DNA of 64,000 nucleotides from Saprospirales bacterium (GTDB lineage: Bacteria; Bacteroidota; Bacteroidia; Chitinophagales; JADIYW01), in the NCBI GenBank assembly GCA_016711605.1, contig JADJSS010000009.1, positions 22,386 through 86,385 of the forward strand, read 5' to 3'. Within the stretch, counting starts at the first letter, position 1. Each line of letters starts with the position of its first letter. Shown one piece after another: positions 36,832-46,474 of the stretch. The translations under genes and the position numbers were made by a program. The notes beneath the pieces were generated by a model, which was given only the letters and a program-made list of their open reading frames with translations, was not told where the DNA came from and ran no database searches.

Positions 36832-38889
36832 ATGAGAAGAAAATTTTTCTTTTTATCTTTTATGGTAATTGCGGTTTTAAGTAAAGCACAGTTATTTACA
36901 GAAAGTTTCAGCACATACACGGTTGGTTCAAACTTAACTACCAACGGTTGGAGCCAGTGTGCTTCAGGTACAGTTCCTTTAACTATAAATGGAACAAACC
37001 TTACCTATCCAGGATATTATTCTACCAACACCAATAATTCCTTATATTTTAATTCCACTGCATCTAACTATGGTGGTTATTGTAAAACATGGACTGGTGT
37101 AAACAGCGGCTCCATCTATATGTCTTTCTTATTTAGAGATTCTGTAATTGCTGCAGCTGCAACATCAGGTGATTACTTCATAACTTTTGGTTCAGACTGG
37201 TTAAATAATGCTGGTCGTGTTTTATTTAAATCCAGCGGTGGTTCTTTTCAGTTTGGAACAAGAAAATCAACAGGTGCTGATGCGTATTCTACTACAACGT
37301 ATACACCTAATCAAACACATTTAGTTGTCTTAAAATATACTTTTAATACTGGTACAACTACAGATGACGTTGTTGGTATTTATGTCGATCCAACTTTGCC
37401 AAGCACAGAACCTGCAACGTTTACAGTTACTGCACCAGCAACTAATGATTTTACAAATTCAATCGGAAATGTTTTTTTACGTTTAAATATGTCAACAGCA
37501 AATGTTCCAAATGCACATATTGATGCTATTAAAGTAGCAACATCATGGTCTGATTTATTCGGAACCGCATGTACACCAACAACAACTAATCTGAATCAGG
37601 CAATTTGTCAAGGTGCAAGTATCGTGTTTAATGGAAATACAATCACTGGTGCTGGAACTTTTAGAGATACACTACAAACCACATTAGGTTGCGATAGCTT
37701 TATTGTGTTGAATGTATCTGTAAGACAAAGTCCGACTACAACATTAAATCAGGCAATTTGTCAAGGTGCAAGTATTGTGTTTAATGGAAATACAATCACT
37801 GGTGCTGGAACTTTCAGAGATACACTACAAACTTCATTTGGTTGCGATAGTTTTATTGTGTTTAATGTATCTGTACGACAAAGTCCGACTACAACATTAA
37901 ATCAGGCAATTTGTCAAGGTGCAAGTATTGTGTTTAATGGAAATACAATCACTGGTGCTGGAACTTTCAGAGATACCTTACAAACTTCATTTGGTTGCGA
38001 TAGCTTTATTGTGCTGAATGTATCTGTAAGACAAAGTCCGACTACAACATTAAATCAGGCAATTTGTCAAGGTGCAAGTATTGTGTTTAATGGAAATACA
38101 ATCACTGGTGCTGGAACTTTCAGAGATACACTACAAACTTCTTTAGGTTGCGATAGTTTTATTGTGTTAACAGTTGCAGTAACGTCTTTACCTAATATCA
38201 CCGTTAACTCACCTTCTATTTGCAGCGGACAAACAGCAACCTTAACGGCAAACAACGGCACAAGCTATACATGGACTGGTGGTTTAACAGGAAATCCTGC
38301 AACCACGCAAACATTGAATAGCAATGCATCATTCACAGTTACTGGAACGGTTGGAAATTGTTCAAATACAGCTGTTGCAACTGTAACCGTAAATTCAACA
38401 CCAGCGCAATCTTTTATTACACAAGGACACGATACATTATACTCAAGCACTGTAGTAGCAAACGCTACTTATAATTGGTATTTAAATGGAAATACGACTC
38501 CAATTGCAACCACCAATTCTTCTTTCTATAAATTTACTACACAAGGTACTTATACCGTTAAAGTAGTAAGCAACGATTGTTCTTCGCCAATATCAACAGG
38601 TTATCTAACAACATCATTAGGTGTTAGGAATAGCAGTTCTGTAAAATCATTTGCTATTTTTCCAAATCCTACTGATAGTAGATTGGTGTTAGATATTAGT
38701 TTGCTTAAAACTGCAAACGTTCAATTAAAAATATTCAGTACCGAAGGCAAAGAAATGTTGTATAAGAATTTTGGAACCGTTAAAGATTTGAATGAAACAT
38801 TAAACATCAGCGAATTTGCAAAAGGTATTTATATACTGAAATTACAGGTTGATGATGAAATTAATTATCAGAAAGTAGTGAAACAATAA
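36832..38889 (+). CDS. T9SS-secreted adhesin-like protein (LamG-like N-domain, 4 Cys-containing 51-aa repeats, type A C-terminal sorting domain)
   Basis: 685 aa with a signal peptide. The C-terminus FAIFPNPTDSRLVLDI...GIYILKLQVDDEINYQKVVKQ fits the Por_Secre_tail type. Confidence 0.8.
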   Translation: MRRKFFFLSFMVIAVLSKAQLFTESFSTYTVGSNLTTNGWSQCASGTVPLTINGTNLTYPGYYSTNTNNSLYFNSTASNYGGYCKTWTGVNSGSIYMSFLFRDSVIAAAATSGDYFITFGSDWLNNAGRVLFKSSGGSFQFGTRKSTGADAYSTTTYTPNQTHLVVLKYTFNTGTTTDDVVGIYVDPTLPSTEPATFTVTAPATNDFTNSIGNVFLRLNMSTANVPNAHIDAIKVATSWSDLFGTACTPTTTNLNQAICQGASIVFNGNTITGAGTFRDTLQTTLGCDSFIVLNVSVRQSPTTTLNQAICQGASIVFNGNTITGAGTFRDTLQTSFGCDSFIVFNVSVRQSPTTTLNQAICQGASIVFNGNTITGAGTFRDTLQTSFGCDSFIVLNVSVRQSPTTTLNQAICQGASIVFNGNTITGAGTFRDTLQTSLGCDSFIVLTVAVTSLPNITVNSPSICSGQTATLTANNGTSYTWTGGLTGNPATTQTLNSNASFTVTGTVGNCSNTAVATVTVNSTPAQSFITQGHDTLYSSTVVANATYNWYLNGNTTPIATTNSSFYKFTTQGTYTVKVVSNDCSSPISTGYLTTSLGVRNSSSVKSFAIFPNPTDSRLVLDISLLKTANVQLKIFSTEGKEMLYKNFGTVKDLNETLNISEFAKGIYILKLQVDDEINYQKVVKQ
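37582..38193 (+). repeat. Four tandem, near-identical 153-bp (51-codon) repeats inside the adhesin gene
   Basis: The unit ACTACAACATTAAATCAGGCAATTTGTCAAGG... recurs at 37735, 37888 and 38041, and the first copy begins near 37582. The protein unit is TTLNQAICQGASIVFNGNTITGAGTFRDTLQTSFGCDSFIVLNVSVRQSP, with only a few substitutions between copies. Confidence 0.9.
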
Positions 38890-38916
38890 ATACAGAAATA
38901 TTTAATTATTATAAAA

Positions 38917-38945
38917 ACAGCTCAGGATTTTCTGAGCTGTTTTTT
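38917..38945 (+). terminator. Rho-independent terminator after the adhesin gene
   Basis: ACAGCTCAG GATTTT CTGAGCTGT followed by T5. Confidence 0.8.
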
Positions 38946-39086
38946 GTTTATGCTATTTGCTTAAAATTCTCTATCAGTTATTGAACTATTTTTATAGTAT
39001 TATACAAATACTTTACCTTTTCTATAAATTTTATTTTTGGCTTACCATTCGTTTAATAAAAAAGTTTTTTATATTTATACAAATAA

Positions 39087-42000
39087 ATGAAATACTGTAA
39101 CTTAAAATATAGTCTTTTTAAATCATTATGGATGATACTGATTTTGTGTTGTAGTGCCAACATGCACGCAGCCATTACTATCGACTCTGTAAAAACAACC
39201 ATTAGCCGTTGTCCAAATAACGGAACAATTACGGTGTTTGCCAGCAGCAACCAATCAAGCATTTTATATTCTATTTTATCTGGTCCGGAAATTCGACCTT
39301 ACCAAAGCGGTAATTTATTTAATGGTTTATTTCCTGGAACGTATGTAGTTTCAGCAACCAATGTGACTGGCGAAAAATATTCACAAACCGTTATTGTTAA
39401 AGGTTCAAATTATGTTGAACCTGATTTTGCACCAACTTCTAAAGAGCCAACCTGCTTTGGTGGTAGTGATGGACAAATTATTGGACGGCCAATTTTAGCA
39501 AATAGCAGACCGCCATTTACTTGGGTTTTAACCAATACACAAACCAATGTGGTTACTACTCAAAGCAATGATACTTTTAATAATTTAAAAGCAAGTACTT
39601 ATACGTTGCGCATGTACGATTCCTGTCAAAATTTTGTAACAAGGACCATTTTTATAAATAATGATGATACGATTTTTAAGGAAATAAATATTTTTCCCAA
39701 CATTAAAATATCAAAGATTGGTTGTGATACAATGAGATTGAATTTCTATTTTTATACATCAAACCAAAATTATACAGGAACTTATAAACTTACTATGCAT
39801 AGTAATAATGATACTATTATCAAATTCGTCAAGCCAAAAATATATGGTACAAATTATCCATTTTCTGGCGTTAATACTTATGAGATTATAGATACATTTC
39901 CTAATATAAATTATGGCGAAGATTTTCATTATATATTAGAAAATAATTGTGGCAAAAAAATATTTTCAAAAGAAAAAAGAATTGATCCATTTATGTTTAC
40001 TGTATATTTATGGTATAATGACACAACTGACTGTACAGGAAACTTAGGTGCCATTTTGGATATATATCATAACAAAGTCAGATTTGAAGATTATTTATTT
40101 AGTTCCTAAATATCCATTAACTATGACTGTAAAAGATATTGCAACAAACATTGTTGTACAGACTTCTCAAATAAACAATGGATATTTAAATATTACACCA
40201 AAGATTGCAGGCAGAAATTATTTAATTACAATTTCAGATGCTTGTGGTGATATTTATGCTTTGATACCATCTGGCCATTCCTGGAAAGCCAAATGTTTCC
40301 TTTAAAGAACTACAGGTTGCATAGATTCAACTACTACAGTTATTTTAGACTTATATGGATTTAGTAAAGGATTAAAGTTAGAAATAATTTCAGGAACAAA
40401 ATTTTTAGAAAGTACAAAACCAAATTACTCATATTTTGATTCCATAAAATATCCGAAAATTTATACAAAATTTGAATCTTATACTGTATCTGCTGGTAAT
40501 ATAAATGTTACATTATTATTTAGATAATTTTTAAAAATTTACCTGCTGGAATTTATCATTATAAAGTAACCGATTCATGTGGAAATGAAATTATAGATTC
40601 ATTTTTTATTAGAGACTGATTTAACCATTCTAAATCACCAAACATATTTTAAGAGAGGATGCTTAGGTCAAAATATTTTATATTACAAACTGAATTGTAA
40701 AAAATCTTATAGAAAATATATAACACTTAAGAACTTGACCACTAATACCACTGATAATATTTTTGATTCTATAACTTCTATTCCATCTGCAAAATATGAA
40801 GTTACGATTTCATATTATATTTATGCTACAGCTATCAACGAAAACATTAAAGATTGCTGGACGGTAAAAGATACAGTTGAAATTCCACCATATGAACGAC
40901 CTCAAACAGCAAGTGTTTCTATCATTTATTGCAACGGCAACCGCTATGCAGAACTGCATCCAGACAGCACCAAAGGTATTGCTCCATATCAATATGAAGT
41001 AATTTCCGGTCCGCGATTGTATCCTTTGCAAACGTCTAATCTATTTACATTTATTCCTGTTGGCAATTATGTGTCGCGTATTGTAGATGCTTGTGGCAAT
41101 TCCAATATTTTAGATTTTGGTGTGGATACGCTTATTTTTCCTCCTATCAATAAAATCGGTTCTTCGTGCTTAAATGGTTCTGTCACTTTATATTATCAGC
41201 CATCACCATTTTATACCTATCAATGGACAAAACCCAATGGCAGCATTTATATTGGTGATTCTTTATCTATCAATGGCGTTGTGTATGCTGATACAGGTTT
41301 GTACCAGATAAAAGATTTGTAAATATTAATGGCTGCAAAGATACTGCAGAAACTACTTACCGACTTACGAGCACTACCGAATACACGCGTGATGCTCGCA
41401 TTTGCGAAGGCGAAAGCATTACTGTCGGCACGCATACATATACACAAACTGGTATTTATATAGATACAATTCCTTCGCTTTTTTGTGACACGATTTATAG
41501 ATTAAATTTAACGGTGTTGCCAATTCTTAGAAAAACGATTGATACCACTATTTGTTTTGGAAAAGGCATTCAAATTGGAAATCATTTTTACAATCAAACC
41601 GGTACATACGTTGATACGCTAGTATCTATCAATGCTTGCGATAGTATTATCACATTAAAACTTACCATTACACAAGGTATAACTTTACAAATTACTGCTT
41701 CTAAAACCATAGTGTTTCCTGGCGATACGGTGCAATTGCATGCAATTTCCACACAACCAATTGGTAGTTATATTTGGACAAGCATTGCAACTTTAAACAA
41801 CAATACTATCCAAAATCCAATTGCAACGATTACACAACCAAGTTGGATTTATTTAAATGTTACTGGTGATAGTTTGTTTAGAGGTTGCAAAAACAACGAT
41901 TCTATTTTTATTGATTTGATTAAAGATTGTAAAGCAGAAAATGTATTTATTCCAAATGCATTTTCACCAAATAACGATGGTTATAATGATGTATTTAAAG

Positions 42001-42209
42001 TTAGAAGTTCCACTTTATTAAGCGGCACTCTTTTAATTTATGATCGTTGGGGCAACAAAGTATTTGAATCAGATGATTTAAGCAAAGGTTGGAACGGAAC
42101 TTACAAAGGACAACCTGCGCAAGTGGAAGTATATGGTTATTATTTCGAAGGCAAATGCCTGAACGAAGAATCCATTATATTAAAAGGAAATGTTACGTTG
42201 TTGAGATAG
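39087..42209 (+). pseudogene. Large T9SS adhesin (type B / gliding-motility C-terminal sorting domain) broken at five or more positions
   Basis: Four track ORFs (39087..40109, 40048..40305, 40735..41322, 41514..42209) plus unlisted open segments (about 40306-40527, 40533-40619, 40618-40734 and 41318-41513) read as one protein. That protein has a signal peptide, repeated CxxxxxG...GxYxxxxxDxCG modules, and the terminal domain VFIPNAFSPNNDGYNDVFKV...IYDRWGNKVFES...GWNGTYKG. Disruptions lie near 40.09, 40.30 (in-frame TAA), 40.53, 40.62 and 41.31 kb. Confidence 0.75.
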
Positions 42210-42237
42210 AATTTATTTGTTTTTAGTTTAGATAAAT

Positions 42238-42882
42238 TCATCGTTCAATATCATCAATCACAAATTTTTGGTCTAAATTACTCATCGAAGCAACGTATTG
42301 TTTTAATTCTTCTTTAGTATAATAAACTATTTCTTCAGACCATTTTTCGTCTTCAGGTTTTCTTTTAATTTCATCGCGTTTGCCAACTGTTGCTTCGTAT
42401 AGGCATTTCTTAAAACCAATTCTATCGCCAACAATAGTATCTACTTTCATGTAAGAATAATAATCTTTCTTACTAAACAAACCACTTTTTTCTGTTTTGG
42501 TTTCGTAGATATCTCCAATTTTCGGATCATCAATATATTTTTTAAATTTTCCATTATCTAAGGTTGTACTAATCGAAACCCAAATCATCATTACCACCAT
42601 AAAATAAGAAAAAGTATATATCCAAATGGATGGTTTTTTAGTAGCAACCAACGTATCATGTTTATCAATGGCGAAATTTGGCGCATTTCGAAATGGAATA
42701 CTATTTTTGCAAGTAGTACAAGTAATTTCACTTTTTTTTGAAGTTGGAAAAAGTGGAAATCCGATGACAAATGTTCCTTGATATAATGCGATTTCCAACT
42801 CAGTTAGTTTATTACAAAGTGGACATTTGTCAGCAACTGTATCACTCGCATATTTAACTTGTATGATTCCTATTCTTGCCAT
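42238..42882 (-). CDS. Hypothetical membrane protein with an N-terminal zinc-ribbon
   Basis: 214 aa. It has CPLCN...CTTCKN Cys pairs, one TM segment (IWIYTFSYFMVVMMIWVSI) and a C-terminal soluble domain. Confidence 0.5.
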   Translation of the reverse strand: MARIGIIQVKYASDTVADKCPLCNKLTELEIALYQGTFVIGFPLFPTSKKSEITCTTCKNSIPFRNAPNFAIDKHDTLVATKKPSIWIYTFSYFMVVMMIWVSISTTLDNGKFKKYIDDPKIGDIYETKTEKSGLFSKKDYYSYMKVDTIVGDRIGFKKCLYEATVGKRDEIKRKPEDEKWSEEIVYYTKEELKQYVASMSNLDQKFVIDDIER

Positions 42883-42901
42883 TAGTTTGGACGATTGCCT
42901 T

Positions 42902-43543
42902 TTACTTTTTCAATAACGATAGTGTTAAAAATTTTGTCGTATAGATTTTGTTTTTTTCATCAAAAAACAACCAGATATTTGGAATAATAAACCAGCAACA
43001 AATCAGTTTTATTGGTTCACGAAAAAAACCTATCACAGGATTTTTGCAATCTGCTTCGGTATCTGCTTTTATTACTTTTAATTTTAGAATTTTATGTCCA
43101 ATATTTCCACTCCAAAAATAATAGGAAATAGCAGAAAAAACACACATGATAAATAGCGAAGTTCCACCACTTGCCTTTGGAAAAAATATAGTTACAACAA
43201 CCAATGCGATAAACCAATGCAATAAACATGCAGCAAATCTTCGTGCTGGTGTTGCCATTTTATAACCTGAAAACGTTACACCTTTTGCGCCGCTTAAAAT
43301 GGCTTCGTGGTTATTGGTATTATTTTGTTTGGTGTTTTGAAGTCGCGTATTCAATTCTGCTAAATCATTTTTTGCAGATTCAATTTTATTGTAAACGTCT
43401 TCCATATTGGAAACAGGAATCCAGTCGGACATGCCATTTACCCAAATTAAATTTTCGTTTTGAAAATTTAATTTCGTTAATTCAACAATGGAAAATGGAC
43501 CAAATTGGCGACCACTTTGTATAACGTAATATCTATTTGGCAT
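42902..43543 (-). CDS. GYF_2 (DUF4339) plus RDD-family membrane protein
   Basis: 213 aa. The N-terminus YYVIQSGRQFGPFSIVELTKL...LIWVNGMSDWIPV is GYF-like. The C-terminal half is RDD-like with TM segments. Confidence 0.55.
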   Translation of the reverse strand: MPNRYYVIQSGRQFGPFSIVELTKLNFQNENLIWVNGMSDWIPVSNMEDVYNKIESAKNDLAELNTRLQNTKQNNTNNHEAILSGAKGVTFSGYKMATPARRFAACLLHWFIALVVVTIFFPKASGGTSLFIMCVFSAISYYFWSGNIGHKILKLKVIKADTEADCKNPVIGFFREPIKLICCWFIIPNIWLFFDEKNKIYTTKFLTLSLLKK

Positions 43544-43571
43544 GATTAAAAAAAAGAGACAAATGTATTAA

Positions 43572-44660
43572 TTAAATCATCATTTTTATAAAATCATCGA
43601 ACAAATATCTTGAATCGTGTGGACCTGGTGCTGCTTCCGGATGGTATTGAACTGAGAATGCTTTTTTACCAATAATTTCTAAACCTTCTACCGAATTATC
43701 ATTTAAATTGATGTGTGTGAGTGCTGCTTTATCTGAATTTTTGAGTGCTTCCATATCCACAGCGAAACCGTGATTTTGAGTTGTGATTTCGCATTTGCCA
43801 GTTTTTAAATTTTTTACTGGATGATTGCCGCCGCGATGTCCGTGATGCAATTTATAAGTTGGAATACCAACAGCTCTTGCTAAGATCTGGTTGCCAAGGC
43901 AAATACCAAATAATGGTTTATCTGCATTTAAAATTTGCTTCACGGTTTCTACTGCGTAATCCATCGCTGCTGGATCGCCTGGTCCGTTGGAAATAAAATA
44001 ACCGTCAGCATTGAAATCCTGCATTTCGGCAAAGGTTGTTTTTGCTGGAAAAACTTTAATAAAACAATCTCTTGAAACAAAATTTCTTAAAATATTTTTT
44101 TTGATTCCGAAATCCAATGCAGCAATTTTATATTTTGCATCTGCTTCGCCAATGGTATACGTTGTGTCGGTTGTTACTTTTGAAGAAAGCTCCAAACCTT
44201 CCATATTTGGAATAGCATGAAGCTGATTTGTTAATGCTGTAATATCTGAAATTTCCGAAGAAACAATCGCATTCATCGCACCTTTTTCACGTACATGACG
44301 AACTACTGCGCGCGTATCAATTCCAGTGATACCAACTAAATTATTTTGTATGAAATAATCTTCAATAGAACTGTCGGCTTGTTTGCGCGAATATTGATTG
44401 GTATATTCTCTGCAAATTAAACCAGCAATTTGGATTTTATCAGATTCGCTTTCGCTTTCTTTAATTCCATAATTTCCAACATGCACATTGGTAGAAATTA
44501 ATAATTGGCCGAAATAACTCGGATCGGTAAATAATTCCTGATAACCTGTCATCGAAGTATTGAAACAGATTTCGCCTGTTGCCGTTCCAATTTTTCCACA
44601 TGCTTGTCCAGTGAAAGTGGTTCCGTCTTGAAGTAGTAAAATGGCTGTAGTATTTGGCAT
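43572..44660 (-). CDS. carA: Carbamoyl-phosphate synthase small (glutaminase) subunit
   Basis: 362 aa. It has FNTSMTGYQELFTDPSY, the GATase triad context GICLGNQ, and HHGHRGGNHPV. Confidence 0.92.
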   Translation of the reverse strand: MPNTTAILLLQDGTTFTGQACGKIGTATGEICFNTSMTGYQELFTDPSYFGQLLISTNVHVGNYGIKESESESDKIQIAGLICREYTNQYSRKQADSSIEDYFIQNNLVGITGIDTRAVVRHVREKGAMNAIVSSEISDITALTNQLHAIPNMEGLELSSKVTTDTTYTIGEADAKYKIAALDFGIKKNILRNFVSRDCFIKVFPAKTTFAEMQDFNADGYFISNGPGDPAAMDYAVETVKQILNADKPLFGICLGNQILARAVGIPTYKLHHGHRGGNHPVKNLKTGKCEITTQNHGFAVDMEALKNSDKAALTHINLNDNSVEGLEIIGKKAFSVQYHPEAAPGPHDSRYLFDDFIKMMI

Positions 44661-44682
44661 GATAGTTTAATTTCTCGCTAAG

Positions 44683-44712
44683 GCGCTTCCGAATTTTCGG
44701 AAGAGCGGAATT
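44683..44712 (-). promoter_or_regulatory. Hairpin in the carA leader
   Basis: On the coding strand, CGCTCTTCCGAAAATTCGGAAGCGCC lies about 25 nt before the carA ATG. A second CGGAATTTTCG copy is adjacent. Confidence 0.35.
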
Positions 44713-44728
44713 TTCGATTCTCAAAAAT

Positions 44729-44762
44729 AAAAAAAAAGGTTCGCAATAATGCGAACCTTTTG
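44729..44762 (-). terminator. Rho-independent terminator after rplQ
   Basis: On the minus strand, GGTTCGCA TTAT TGCGAACC is followed by T9. Confidence 0.8.
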
Positions 44763-44787
44763 TATGTGTTGAAAAAATCATTTCTTA

Positions 44788-45330
44788 TTATTCTTCTGTT
44801 TTTTCTTCTGCTGTTGGTGTTACGTCTTCTACCGTATCTTTCACTTCTTCTACTTCTGCTGCTTTTTCTTCTAATACTTCTTCTTTTGCAGTTTCTACTT
44901 TTTTTGCAGCACCAGCACGACGTGTTTTCTTTTTCGGTTCTGCAGCAACTGCAGTTTTTGGTTTGTACACTTCGTTGAAGTCAACTAACTCAATCATTGA
45001 CATTTCTGCTGCATCACCTTGACGTTGACCTAAACGCACAATTCGAGTATAACCACCAGGACGATCACCTACTTTTGGTGCAACTACATCAAACAATTCT
45101 TTCGCTGCAAATTTATCTTGTAAGTAAGAGAATGCATCACGACGAGAGTGCGTAGTATTGCTTTTTGCTTTTGTAATTAATGGTTCAACATAACCACGTA
45201 ATTCTTTTGCTTTTGCTAAGGTAGTTTCAATGCGTTTGTGCGTAAACAAAGCAACTGCTAAGTTTTTTAACAACGCTGCACGATGTCCTGTTTTTCTACC
45301 TAAATGATTTATTTTATTTCCGTGTCTCAT
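44788..45330 (-). CDS. rplQ: 50S ribosomal protein L17 with a K/E/A-rich C-terminal extension
   Basis: [25 protein letters not shown] is the canonical bL17 N-terminus. It is the last gene of the alpha operon. Confidence 0.95.
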   Translation of the reverse strand: MRHGNKINHLGRKTGHRAALLKNLAVALFTHKRIETTLAKAKELRGYVEPLITKAKSNTTHSRRDAFSYLQDKFAAKELFDVVAPKVGDRPGGYTRIVRLGQRQGDAAEMSMIELVDFNEVYKPKTAVAAEPKKKTRRAGAAKKVETAKEEVLEEKAAEVEEVKDTVEDVTPTAEEKTEE

Positions 45331-45371
45331 TTTACTATTTTTAATATGAAGTAATTTAGTATGCGGTGTGC

Positions 45372-45406
45372 AGTTACTGTTTACTGCCTACTTTTTACTA
45401 AATTCT
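45372..45406 (-). repeat. Phased heptads (AGTAnnn x5 on the coding strand) between rpoA and rplQ
   Basis: On the plus strand: AGTTACT GTTTACT GCCTACT TTTTACT AAATTCT. A partial complementary arm lies at about 45346-45366. Confidence 0.6.
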
Positions 45407-45411
45407 ACCAT

Positions 45412-46407
45412 TTAATCTTCTAATTTAAATTTTGATAAATCCATACCGAAGTGCATTCCTTTTTCGATAATCAATTCTTCGATTTCTACTAAAGATTTGC
45501 GACCAAAGTTTCTGAATTTTAATAATTCATTCGTATCGTACTGAACTAATTCTGATAATGAATTAATTTTTGCTGCTTTTAAACAGTTGTAAGCACGAAC
45601 TGACAAATCTAAATCTTCTAAAGGTGTTTTCAAGATTTTACGCATGTGTAAGATGTGTTCATCTACTACTTCTTCTTGTCCTTTTTCTTCAGAGTTGAAA
45701 GTGATGTTTTCGTCAGACACCAACATTAAATGTTGAATTAATATTTTTGCAGCTTCTTTCACAGCATCTTCAGGATGAATAGTGCCGTCAGTTTTTACAT
45801 CAATAATTAATTTTTCAAAATCTGTACGTTGTTCAACACGCGTATTTTCGATTTTGTAACGAACGTTTTTAATTGGTGTATAGATTGAATCTACAGGAAT
45901 TAAACCAACGATTGAGCTATCTACATAGTGCTCTTCAGCAGCTACATAACCACGGCCTTTACCGATAGAAATTTCTAATTCTAAGTGTACATTTTTTTCC
46001 ATGTTGCAAATCACTAAATCAGGATTTGTAACAGCGAAAACATTGGTATGTGCTTCAATATCACCAGCAGTAAATTGATCTTTACCTTTTAATGAAATAT
46101 AGATTTTTTCAAATCCAGCATCTACGTCTTGTAATACTCTTTTCAAACGAACTTGTTTGATATTTAACACCATTTCTGTAACGTCTTCGATAACGCCTTT
46201 AATGGTAGAAAATTCGTGATTAACACCAGCAATTTTGATTGCAGTGATTGCATAACCTTCCAAAGAAGATAATAATACACGGCGAAGTGCATTACCGATT
46301 GTGTTTCCAAAACCAGGTTCTAGCGGTGCGAATTCGAATGTACCTTCGAAGTCGGTTGCTTTCTGTAGAAGAATTTTGTCTGGTTTCTGAAATGATAAAA
46401 TTGCCAT
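45412..46407 (-). CDS. rpoA: DNA-directed RNA polymerase subunit alpha
   Basis: 331 aa. It has [18 protein letters not shown] and the C-terminal domain [12 protein letters not shown]. Confidence 0.95.
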   Translation of the reverse strand: MAILSFQKPDKILLQKATDFEGTFEFAPLEPGFGNTIGNALRRVLLSSLEGYAITAIKIAGVNHEFSTIKGVIEDVTEMVLNIKQVRLKRVLQDVDAGFEKIYISLKGKDQFTAGDIEAHTNVFAVTNPDLVICNMEKNVHLELEISIGKGRGYVAAEEHYVDSSIVGLIPVDSIYTPIKNVRYKIENTRVEQRTDFEKLIIDVKTDGTIHPEDAVKEAAKILIQHLMLVSDENITFNSEEKGQEEVVDEHILHMRKILKTPLEDLDLSVRAYNCLKAAKINSLSELVQYDTNELLKFRNFGRKSLVEIEELIIEKGMHFGMDLSKFKLED

Positions 46408-46474
46408 AATTAGTTATTTATTTTTAAAGGTTAATTCTGAATATCCATAAAGGACTTCGCTTCAAAAAAAATTA

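Noticed and set aside
37582-38193. Regularly spaced 153-bp repeats, considered as a possible CRISPR-like array.
   Set aside because: The units are contiguous with no unique spacers, lie in-frame inside a long ORF, and encode a protein repeat. No cas genes are present.
40048-42209. Track ORFs 40048..40305, 40735..41322 and 41514..42209 considered as independent genes.
   Set aside because: They use GTG or TTG pseudo-starts, and their frames stay open upstream of those starts. Together they continue one adhesin repeat architecture ending in a single T9SS sorting domain, so they are fragments of one pseudogene.
44760-44978. 72-aa Leu-rich ORF, and many other 60-140-aa ORFs antisense to ribosomal, fusA, secY, fadBA and kinase genes (for example 47111..47362, 55630..55824, 58086..58392, 61261..61680, 30341..30808, 2665..3113).
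   Set aside because: They are shadow ORFs on the opposite strand of strongly supported genes. Their composition is low-complexity and they have no independent start or promoter context.
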